Below are positions 37,397 through 45,157 of a DNA stretch of 55,658 nt, piece by piece (position 1 is the stretch's first letter; every line of letters starts with the position of its first letter). This DNA is from Clostridia bacterium (GTDB lineage Bacteria; Bacillota; Clostridia; UBA1212; UBA1255), in contig JAGADO010000031.1 of assembly GCA_017613535.1 (NCBI GenBank), positions 1 through 55,658 on the forward strand, in the 5' to 3' direction. The notes under the pieces are model-generated. The model was not told the DNA's origin. It searched no databases and saw only the letters and a program-made list of their open reading frames with translations. Made by a program: the position numbers and the translations under genes.

Positions 37397-38473
37397 ATGA
37401 AGGGCAACACGTTAATGAAGCAGAATAAAAAAGGCTTCGGGTTTTTTGCTGCGCTCGCGGCTATTTCGACAGCGATATGCATTCTGTTATCCGGGATTGC
37501 GGTGATGGCAGATGTTCCCGCTGATGACGTAGCGCGCATCGAGACGCACGGGTATGATCTCAGTGCTTTTACTGTTATCGATGATACGGATGAATCTGTC
37601 GTCATCAATAATCTGGCTGAGACCGCTGCGGCAGTGCATCTTTGCGGCCAGGCTCATTTTACCGGAGCAGTCGGCAGCATGACGCTGACTTTCGAAGGCA
37701 ATGCCGTGGGCGTTATCGTTGAAAAAGGCGGCTACGAGATATTTATTGACGACGAATCAATGGGCATGTTCTGGGCTTCCGCCATCGGCGCGCCGCAGGT
37801 GATGTATTACACCGGGACGCTCACAAACGACACCCACACTATTACTGTAACGACAAATCCGGAGTTTGCCACCGAAAAGATCGGTGAAAACTACAGTGTG
37901 CTTGAAGGCTTTTTCGTGCAGACGACGCCAGGCACCGGATCTGCCGCGGATGATCCGGGCTTTGACCCCGCGAAGCAGGATATTGCCGCCGAAGAGCGCG
38001 CAAAGATCAATGCCGGAAACTACGATCTTACCGACTTCCGGATCGTTGACGACTGCGCACCGAACGTTCTGGCACAGGGCCTGTCGGTCACCGAACACGA
38101 ATCGCATCTGAACGGCAATGCAAATTTCACAGCCGGTACCGGTTCCCTTTCGTACACGTTCGAAGGCACTGCGGTAGGCGTGCTGGTCGAGAAGGGCGGT
38201 TTTGAAGTTGAGATCGACGGAACAGTCATCGGCCGCTGCGGCGCAGCAACTATCGGCGCTCCTCAGGTAGTCTTCTATACGGGCGACCTCAGCAATGGCA
38301 CACATACGATCAAGGTCACGACCGTTCCCGATGTTTCTAACGAATATACAGGCGAGCCGTGGTCCGTAATCGAAGGGTTCTTCGTTCAGAAAGAGCCGGG
38401 CGTTGGTTCTGCGGACGGCGCGTCACAGCAGCCGGAAACCACCGAACAGCCAACCGAACAGCCCACTGAATAA
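37397..38473 (+). CDS. Secreted protein with two copies of the ~145-aa module (A-B); reading frame ends at a TAA inside the stalk repeat
   Basis: 358 aa. GGGAGG RBS. Signal/TM segment FGFFAALAAISTAICILLSGIAVMA. Modules at aa ~39-183 and ~197-339. Ends ...TEQPTEQPTE followed by TAA. Confidence 0.75.
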   Translation: MKGNTLMKQNKKGFGFFAALAAISTAICILLSGIAVMADVPADDVARIETHGYDLSAFTVIDDTDESVVINNLAETAAAVHLCGQAHFTGAVGSMTLTFEGNAVGVIVEKGGYEIFIDDESMGMFWASAIGAPQVMYYTGTLTNDTHTITVTTNPEFATEKIGENYSVLEGFFVQTTPGTGSAADDPGFDPAKQDIAAEERAKINAGNYDLTDFRIVDDCAPNVLAQGLSVTEHESHLNGNANFTAGTGSLSYTFEGTAVGVLVEKGGFEVEIDGTVIGRCGAATIGAPQVVFYTGDLSNGTHTIKVTTVPDVSNEYTGEPWSVIEGFFVQKEPGVGSADGASQQPETTEQPTEQPTE

Positions 38474-38662
38474 CCCACTGAACAGCCCACGGACAAACCT
38501 ACCGATAAGCCTGAAGCGACTGACAAACCCGCACCCGCGAGTTCCGAAAGCACGCCGGCAACGGGTGACGCGAACATGCTACCTGTAGCGGTAATTGTCA
38601 TCACCTGCGCTATTGCGATCGCGTTCGTGGCAATACTCGGCAGAAAGAAAGCCGGAAACTAA
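38474..38662 (+). other. Orphaned in-frame continuation of 37397..38473, encoding the rest of the stalk, a TM anchor and a basic tail
   Basis: Same frame as the upstream CDS. Translates to PTEQPTDKPTDKPEATDKPAPASSESTPATGDANMLPVAVIVITCAIAIAFVAILGRKKAGN, then TAA at 38660..38662. Confidence 0.8.
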
Positions 38663-38701
38663 ACGCAAAATAAAATCATTGTCCGCATAACTCATTAATA
38701 C

Positions 38702-38751
38702 AAAGACCGTCCGCGCAGTCCGCAGCAAAAGGCAAAGCGCAGGCGGTCTTT
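38702..38751 (+). terminator. Possible terminator hairpin with a long loop
   Basis: 15-bp arms AAAGACCGTCCGCGC / GCGCAGGCGGTCTTT (one G-U, one mismatch), 20-nt loop. Only a weak T tract follows. Confidence 0.35.
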
Positions 38752-38819
38752 ACGTATTTGCCCGTATGTATTAAAATAAAGCGGAACGAGCAAGGAGCTC
38801 AAAGGATAAGGATAAAACT

Positions 38820-40748
38820 ATGCGAAACCGAAAATGCCTTTTGATATTCATCTGCACGCTGCTCGCGGTATTGTTTCTGACCGCATGCACCGATACGTCG
38901 CATACGCCGAAAGGAGAGATAAAAGTGGAAACGCTCCGGAATCAGCTCACAAACATGCACCTCGGCGGCGCGGTCGGCGAGATACTCACGGCCAACGAAC
39001 AGAACTGGCTGCATAAAATATTGACCGACGACCCCGGCCTGTTCGACGGCTTCGCGAACCCCGACGACACCTCGATCGCAAAAGCGATGTGGCACGGCGA
39101 ATTTCCCGGGAAACTGCTCACCGGCATTGCCCAGACGTACCTGCTGAGGGGTGACCAGGAGACGAAGCGCGTTGGCGACGAATTCGTTGCTAACCTCAAG
39201 CGCGTGCAGCAGCCGGACGGCTACCTCGGGCCCTGGAGCGAAAGCGTGCGTTTCGAGGCGGATGCCGTGACGGGCAGCTGGGGCAAATGGGATACGTGGG
39301 GTCAATACCACTGCATTTACGGCTTATATCGCTGGTATCAGGTCACCGGAAACCGCGACGCACTGAACGTGGCCAGGCGCGCACTTGACAACATCTACGA
39401 CCACTTCATCGCCGGCAATATTTCGATCGCCGCGCAGAACTGGGCCGAGTGCAACCTCGCGATCGGCCACGCGTTCGCGCTCTTTTACGAAGAGACCGGC
39501 GACGCGCGTTATCTGGCCGCGGCCGAACGCATCGTGAACAACGACTGGAACGACGAATACCCGGATTTTTACACCAAAACCACGCTGTGCTGCGGCTGGC
39601 TGAACTCCGCGCTCGCGGGCAAAGCATATTATGCCTCCGGACAACCGCGCTGGGAGGGTCTGTACGCCCTGGAAACGCTTGCGGCACTCTACCGCATAAC
39701 CGGTGAGGTCAAATATTTAAACGGCCTCAACGCGCTCTGGCTTGGCATGTACGAGAGCGACCGGCATAATACGGGCAGCTTCGGCACGGGCGAAGGCGCG
39801 ACCGGCGACCTGTACGGTTTGGGCAGCGAAACGTGCAATACCGTGGCCTGGATGGCCTTTTCCACCGAGTACCTGAAGATTTCCCGCGACTCGCGCGTGG
39901 CGGACGAACTCGAGCTTTCATTCTTCAACGCGACGCTGGGCTCTCTGCTCGCAGGCGAGCGTAACTTCACATATATGAACGATTCGACCGGCAGCCGCGA
40001 ACCGGCACGCACCGTGCTCGAGGGGCATTCGTACGTTGGCGCCCGCGACATGTCGTGCTGCCAGGCCAACGGCAACCGCGGCCTCTCCCAGCTCGCCGAA
40101 TGGGCGGTCCTGAGCGATAAAAACGCGATGTACGTAAACTATTACGGCGAGTGCGCGCTCGAAACAAACACGCAAAACGGGGCCAAAATAATATTGACCC
40201 AGACGACCGAATACCCCAAAAACGGCGCCGTGAACATCCGCGTAGACACAAACTGCACGGACGAGCTCACGCTGTACTTCCGCATCCCCTCCTGGTCCGA
40301 AAACACGGCATTGACCGTGAACGGCGAGGCGGTCAACGCCACCGTCACTCCCGGCACTTACTTCCCCGTCACGCGCATCTGGAGCGCCGGCGATACCATC
40401 GAACTCTCGCTCGATATGACGCCGCACTTCTGGATCATGGACAACGGGGGTCGCGTCGCGAAATTGTCCGTCTATTACGGCCCCGTGCTGCTCGCCTTCC
40501 GCACCGGAAGCGGCATTCAGCCCAACACGCGCTTCGATATTGACACGCTGCGTGCTCTGGTCTGCGAAGACGGCGAAGGGCTGGTCAATTTCAGCGTCCC
40601 TGCCGCGTCCGGCAAGCAAGTCACTTTGATGGATTACTACACTGCCGGCAAAAACGGCGACAGTTTTACTTCGTGGATTTACTGCGACTCCGGGATCGAG
40701 CCACTACCGTCAGACAGGTACTCAAAGCCAATATGGTGTAATCGTTAA
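38820..40748 (+). CDS. GH127-like (DUF1680) lipoprotein, putative beta-L-arabinofuranosidase
   Basis: 642 aa. Lipobox LTAC. GEFPGKLLTG, WDTWGQYH, and the Zn/catalytic site elements GSETCNTVAW (E-x-C) and SCCQANGNRG (CC) as in HypBA1-type GH127. Confidence 0.75.
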   Translation: MRNRKCLLIFICTLLAVLFLTACTDTSHTPKGEIKVETLRNQLTNMHLGGAVGEILTANEQNWLHKILTDDPGLFDGFANPDDTSIAKAMWHGEFPGKLLTGIAQTYLLRGDQETKRVGDEFVANLKRVQQPDGYLGPWSESVRFEADAVTGSWGKWDTWGQYHCIYGLYRWYQVTGNRDALNVARRALDNIYDHFIAGNISIAAQNWAECNLAIGHAFALFYEETGDARYLAAAERIVNNDWNDEYPDFYTKTTLCCGWLNSALAGKAYYASGQPRWEGLYALETLAALYRITGEVKYLNGLNALWLGMYESDRHNTGSFGTGEGATGDLYGLGSETCNTVAWMAFSTEYLKISRDSRVADELELSFFNATLGSLLAGERNFTYMNDSTGSREPARTVLEGHSYVGARDMSCCQANGNRGLSQLAEWAVLSDKNAMYVNYYGECALETNTQNGAKIILTQTTEYPKNGAVNIRVDTNCTDELTLYFRIPSWSENTALTVNGEAVNATVTPGTYFPVTRIWSAGDTIELSLDMTPHFWIMDNGGRVAKLSVYYGPVLLAFRTGSGIQPNTRFDIDTLRALVCEDGEGLVNFSVPAASGKQVTLMDYYTAGKNGDSFTSWIYCDSGIEPLPSDRYSKPIWCNR

Positions 40749-40821
40749 ATTCCAAGAGTGCAAATACCTTTCGAACTTCGCCCATCAGGTCAAAAACTCC
40801 TGATAATTACTGAAAAAAGAG

Positions 40822-41772
40822 TTAAGATTGGTTTGAATTCTGTTCCGTTTCAATTGTGCTGAGCGGCATTGAACTGTTCTGTACGATAATCAATTGTTTA
40901 GATTCAGAAAGAGAATTGTTATATGCTTCTTCCGGTGTTTTCCCGAAGCCGATAATGTCTCCGGAGCAGTAATAATACAAAACCGTTCCAACAGCAAACG
41001 TCATCACAGGATCTGATTCATAAGAATCGTCCTTGTTGCTATTCAAAAAACGTGTGAGCATATTACGAATAACTCCGCTGTCACCGTTATTCAGCTTTTT
41101 AACTTCGACATTAAAATGTTCTGAGTACGGTAACTGAACGATACCGTTTTCATCAAAGGGATCATGTAAAGTAGCAAAATCGAACCCGAGAGTCTCTCTT
41201 GCATTTTCAGCAGGAATCGAATTCCAGCATCGATCCGGAACGCCTGAAAAATAAAAGATATTGCCTTCCGATCGAACTACGTTCTCACCCGGAACACATT
41301 CTATACAAGAGTAATAAGGGATATTGTTATTTGAGGTCCACATTTGTTCGCTGTGGTTTATTCTGTCTATACCGTACGAACAATCGATACCGAACCGGCT
41401 TCCGTTCTTGATCGACGCCGTAACAGATATCTGAGAAAAATAACCGTATATGTATCCGCAATTGGACGCAAAAAAGCTGTCATCCAATTCTGTGAGATAG
41501 TACGCATCTGGCATAGCGGTACGATCGAGCATACCGTTTTTATTCTCGCCTTTGCCAAAAAGAAATACTGCTGCCGCCATCAGGCAAGCCGATATCACAA
41601 TAGAAAGAGCCGATATAAATAATTTTTTAGGGTCAATCGATCTGACGGTCCCGAAGCGATCAGCAGGCTGAGAAAAAACGTTATTGCCGCCTTCTTTTAT
41701 ATATTTTTGCGCCTCAAGAACCAGTTCGCGGTCAATGGAATTAATTGCCGCCGTCAATTTTAAATCTGTCAT
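40822..41772 (-). CDS. Single-pass membrane protein, putative anti-sigma factor partner
   Basis: 316 aa. 4-nt overlap with the upstream sigma gene. N-terminal cytoplasmic AINSIDRELVLEAQKYI, one TM helix (LFISALSIVISACLMAAAVFLF), large extracytoplasmic domain. Markedly AT-rich. Confidence 0.55.
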   Translation of the reverse strand: MTDLKLTAAINSIDRELVLEAQKYIKEGGNNVFSQPADRFGTVRSIDPKKLFISALSIVISACLMAAAVFLFGKGENKNGMLDRTAMPDAYYLTELDDSFFASNCGYIYGYFSQISVTASIKNGSRFGIDCSYGIDRINHSEQMWTSNNNIPYYSCIECVPGENVVRSEGNIFYFSGVPDRCWNSIPAENARETLGFDFATLHDPFDENGIVQLPYSEHFNVEVKKLNNGDSGVIRNMLTRFLNSNKDDSYESDPVMTFAVGTVLYYYCSGDIIGFGKTPEEAYNNSLSESKQLIIVQNSSMPLSTIETEQNSNQS

Positions 41773-42326
41773 TTTAAATATCCCCCTTCTCTCAGAAACG
41801 TTGCCAGGCGGTCACGCGTTCTTTTGAGAGACATTTTTACCTTACTCTCCGAAATACCGAGCAATCGAGCAATATATGTAACCTCATAACCCAGCCGATA
41901 GCGCATCACAAAGATAACCCGTTGTTCCTTCTTCAGACACGTAAGGAAATGCGATATTGCCGCGGCCAGTTCTGCTGTTTCTACAGACTCTGCGACGCCG
42001 CCAACACCCGTAACTTTTTCAAGTTCATCGAGCGGAGATATCCCGCCTTCCGGGCGTCGCTTCGCGGCATTGTTCGTTCTTAAGCGAGACAGAGCTTCAT
42101 TGTTCACGAGTTTTTTAAGATACGCTTTCAGATTTGCAGGTCTGGTTTTTGGAATATCGTTCCATGCCGAAAGAAGCGCGTCGTTGACACACTCCTCCGC
42201 GTCGCACACGTCCTTCAGTATTCTTCGGGCAATACTTTCGAGGTACTCTCCGTAAGCCTTTTTTGTTTCTTCTATCGCTTGCTCGTCGCGTTCAACATAA
42301 AGCAAGACAATCGTTTTCTCGTCCAT
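41769..42326 (-). CDS. Sigma-70 family (ECF-like) RNA polymerase sigma factor
   Basis: Start set to MDEKTIV (ATG at 42326). Region 2-like ECVNDALLSAWNDI and region 4 HTH VIFVMRYRLGYEVTYIARLLGISESKVKMSLKRTRDRL. Confidence 0.8.
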   Translation of the reverse strand: MDEKTIVLLYVERDEQAIEETKKAYGEYLESIARRILKDVCDAEECVNDALLSAWNDIPKTRPANLKAYLKKLVNNEALSRLRTNNAAKRRPEGGISPLDELEKVTGVGGVAESVETAELAAAISHFLTCLKKEQRVIFVMRYRLGYEVTYIARLLGISESKVKMSLKRTRDRLATFLREGGYLK

Positions 42327-42413
42327 TTTTCCCGTTTCCGACTGTGCGCTGATTTGTCGCAAAAAGCCTCCACACGGCTTTTAACCCATAAGACGCAAAA
42401 CGATGTGAATTCG

Positions 42414-43370
42414 TCACAAAACATTGTCCCTGATATTTACAAACGTTTTTACGAGCTGGGCAAGGAATTCGCGTCTGAACTCGTCATAGCCTTCGGGATG
42501 CTCCGTACCGCAGGCATTGACCGTCCTGTCTCCGAAATCGAGCGAAAGCTGGAACCATTCGCTGTTATTATAATCCTCAGCGGCCTTGTCATAATTATAC
42601 CACCGCATCACGTTATGCTTTTTAACGATCGCATCGAACTCGCCGAACCCGATCGCCTCATCCAGCACTTCACGGCAGATCCTGTACTCCCCGGGTTCGA
42701 TAAATTCGCCGCTCACCGATTTTATGCGTACGTCGAAGTTCTGCGTCCTGACGCCCTGCTCTGAAACGAGCGCTTCGTACCTGTCACTGCCCGAACTGCC
42801 CTTCTGGATAAAATTAGCCATAAAAAACCGGAGCTCGCCGGAAATGCCTCCGTCAATTATCTTCTGCCTCGCTTCTTCGTGCATCTGTCTGACGACCGGA
42901 TCGAATATGGCATTCAGCTTCGTTTTGAATTCGCCGTACCCTCTCGGAAAACTGTTGGAGCCGTGTGCATAGCATTCTCCGCCGTCCGCGAACCGTATGC
43001 TCAGCGAAAAACCGTCGCCGTCGCAGATGTGAGGATTATATTTGTTAAAGCCGTTCCAGGCGGCCAGACGGCAATCCTTGTAGAGTTCTTCCAGTTTGTT
43101 TACGAATGCCGCGTCAATTTCTTTCGTGAGTTCGCCGTATTCGGGATATATCATATGCTCGGTCTTAAGCACCGCCGGAGTTTTTCGGGCGTCAATTTCG
43201 TACGAGTACGAGTTTCCGCCGATCGATCCGTTGTACCTGTACCCGAAACTGACGATAGCGCTATTATTTATTTTCGCGCGTTCCCCTTCTCCGTCCGTGC
43301 CTTCGTCTCCGAAGTCGAAAGGCGGTTCATCTTTTTTAAACAGCCTTTTGATCTTTTCTAACAGACCCAT
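42414..43370 (-). CDS. Hypothetical cytoplasmic protein with an internal two-fold duplication
   Basis: 318 aa. Repeated segment FSLSIRFADGGECYAHGSNSFPRGYGEF versus FQLSLDFGDRTVNACGTEHPEGYDEF. No family recognised. Confidence 0.6.
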   Translation of the reverse strand: MGLLEKIKRLFKKDEPPFDFGDEGTDGEGERAKINNSAIVSFGYRYNGSIGGNSYSYEIDARKTPAVLKTEHMIYPEYGELTKEIDAAFVNKLEELYKDCRLAAWNGFNKYNPHICDGDGFSLSIRFADGGECYAHGSNSFPRGYGEFKTKLNAIFDPVVRQMHEEARQKIIDGGISGELRFFMANFIQKGSSGSDRYEALVSEQGVRTQNFDVRIKSVSGEFIEPGEYRICREVLDEAIGFGEFDAIVKKHNVMRWYNYDKAAEDYNNSEWFQLSLDFGDRTVNACGTEHPEGYDEFRREFLAQLVKTFVNIRDNVL

Positions 43371-43421
43371 TATCGCAGCCCCCTTCCGGTACTGTTATTT
43401 ATACTATAATTGCGCGGATTT

Positions 43422-43470
43422 GGCAATTCTTTTTGGCAATTCTTTTGGGCAATTTTTTGGCAATTCTTTC
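43422..43470. repeat. Four phased copies of GGCAATT(C)TTTT
   Basis: GGCAAT begins at 43422, 43435, 43448 and 43459 (spacing 13, 13, 11 nt). The array lies 52-100 nt upstream of the start codon of the minus-strand gene 42414..43370. Confidence 0.85.
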
Positions 43471-43802
43471 GTATCGGCTCTTTTCCTGATCCCGTGAACG
43501 ATTGAACTGATCTATCATTTTAAATGATTTCTCTATTAAGCAGCATTAAGCAGCGTAAGAAGAGTTGTTCATTTTCGGGTCCGGGGCGGCACTACCTCCT
43601 TAAAACTTCAAAGGTCGCGTCGCCGGGCGCTGTCTTAGGCGCTAAAAATGGTTATGATGTCATAAAGAAAATTCTATGCAAAAAAACTCTATTACGCCAG
43701 GGCGTTTTTTAAGGGTCGATCAGGTAAAAATGAGCGATAGAGAAGTGGTGAACTGATCAATTGTTCATGGAATCAGGAAAAGTGTCTTTCGTATTAAAAA
43801 TA

Positions 43803-43831
43803 TTGCGCACACCGCACGTTTAATGTATAAT
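43803..43831 (+). promoter_or_regulatory. Candidate promoter of rhaA with extended -10
   Basis: TTGCGC (43803..43808), 17 nt, TATAAT (43826..43831), preceded by TG. Confidence 0.45.
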
Positions 43832-43883
43832 ATGCACGAACACATTGACGCAGTTCGAATCAAAATAAAAGGAGCAGTTTTAC

Positions 43884-45137
43884 ATGAACAAAAGGTACGA
43901 ATCAGCTAAAAAGATTTTCGCCGGATACGGCGTTGACACAGAAGCGGCCATCGAAAAGCTGAAGAACGTTCCCGTTGCTCTCCATTGCTGGCAGGGCGAC
44001 GACGTCACGGGCTTCGACCACGACGGACCTCTCACGGGCGGCATCCAGACCACCGGAAATTATCCCGGAAAGGCACGCAACCCGAAAGAACTTATGGCAG
44101 ACATAGAAAAAGTTATTGCCCTCTGCCCCGGAAAGATCAAGTTAAACGTTCACGCCTGCTACGCTATATTCAAAAAAGGCGAATATGTTGACCGCGATAA
44201 GATCGAGCCGAAGCACTTCAAAAAATGGGTGGATCTGGCGAAGAAATACAACACCGGTATCGATTTCAACCCCACTTTCTTCTCTCATCCGAAGGTAAAC
44301 GACGGCCTTACGCTCACCAGCCCCGTTGAAGAGACGCGCAAGTTCTGGATCGAGCACGGAAAAGCCTGTATCCGCATCGCTAACTACTTTGCGAAAGAGA
44401 CAGGTTTCCCCTGCGTTATCAATATCTGGATCGGCGACGGTTATAAAGATATTCCGGCTGACCGCGTAGGCCCCAGAATGCGCTACATGGATTCTCTTAA
44501 TCAGATCCTTTCCGAGCCGTACGACAGAAATATGGTCAAACCCTGCGTCGAATCCAAAGTGTTCGGTATAGGTGTCGAGGCGTACACCGCAGGTTCCGCG
44601 GAGTTCACGCTCAGCTACGCTGCAACGCACGAAGGCGTCATGCCTCTGATGGACAACGGCCACTATCATCCGACCGAAGTTGTCTCGGATAAGATCCCCG
44701 CTCTCATGTGCTTCTATCCCGAGTTCGCGCTCCACATCACCCGCCCGATACGCTGGGACTCCGACCACGTTGTCCTGCTCGACGACGAGACGAAGGAAAT
44801 GGCGAAAGAGATCGTGCGCTCAGGCGGACTTGACCGCATCTACATGGCGCTCGACTACTTTGACGCGAGCATCAACCGCATCGCCGCATGGACGACCGGC
44901 TTCAGAAGCTGGCAGAAAGCTCTGCTGATCGCTCTGTGCACTCCTCACAAGGCTCTCAAGGCTCTCCAGGATGCCGGACAGCGCACCGAACTCCTTGTCC
45001 GTCAGGAAGAGGTCAAGATGCTGCCCTTCGGCGATATCTGGAACGAGTACTGCGAGCGCTGCGGCGTTGCTGCAGGCCCCGAGTGGTTCGACGAGGTTAA
45101 AGAGTACGAAAAGACCGTACTTTCGAAGCGCGTATAA
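43884..45137 (+). CDS. rhaA: L-rhamnose isomerase
   Basis: 417 aa. YESAKKIFAGYGVDTEAAIEKLKNVPVALHCWQGDDVTGF, typical of the RhaA N-terminus, and typical length. AAGGAG RBS. Confidence 0.88.
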   Translation: MNKRYESAKKIFAGYGVDTEAAIEKLKNVPVALHCWQGDDVTGFDHDGPLTGGIQTTGNYPGKARNPKELMADIEKVIALCPGKIKLNVHACYAIFKKGEYVDRDKIEPKHFKKWVDLAKKYNTGIDFNPTFFSHPKVNDGLTLTSPVEETRKFWIEHGKACIRIANYFAKETGFPCVINIWIGDGYKDIPADRVGPRMRYMDSLNQILSEPYDRNMVKPCVESKVFGIGVEAYTAGSAEFTLSYAATHEGVMPLMDNGHYHPTEVVSDKIPALMCFYPEFALHITRPIRWDSDHVVLLDDETKEMAKEIVRSGGLDRIYMALDYFDASINRIAAWTTGFRSWQKALLIALCTPHKALKALQDAGQRTELLVRQEEVKMLPFGDIWNEYCERCGVAAGPEWFDEVKEYEKTVLSKRV

Positions 45138-45157
45138 TTGCGGACAATTATTGACAG

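Noticed and set aside
33434-38412. Possibility that the six related modules are template/variable repeats of a diversity-generating retroelement
   Set aside because: There is no reverse transcriptase gene in the window. The copies differ throughout and at all base types rather than at adenine-specific positions. There is no near-identical non-coding template repeat.
43422-43470. Possible CRISPR-like array. The same question arose for 6031..6102.
   Set aside because: The repeat units are 11-13 bp (or 24 bp within a CDS) with no unique spacers, and no cas genes are present.
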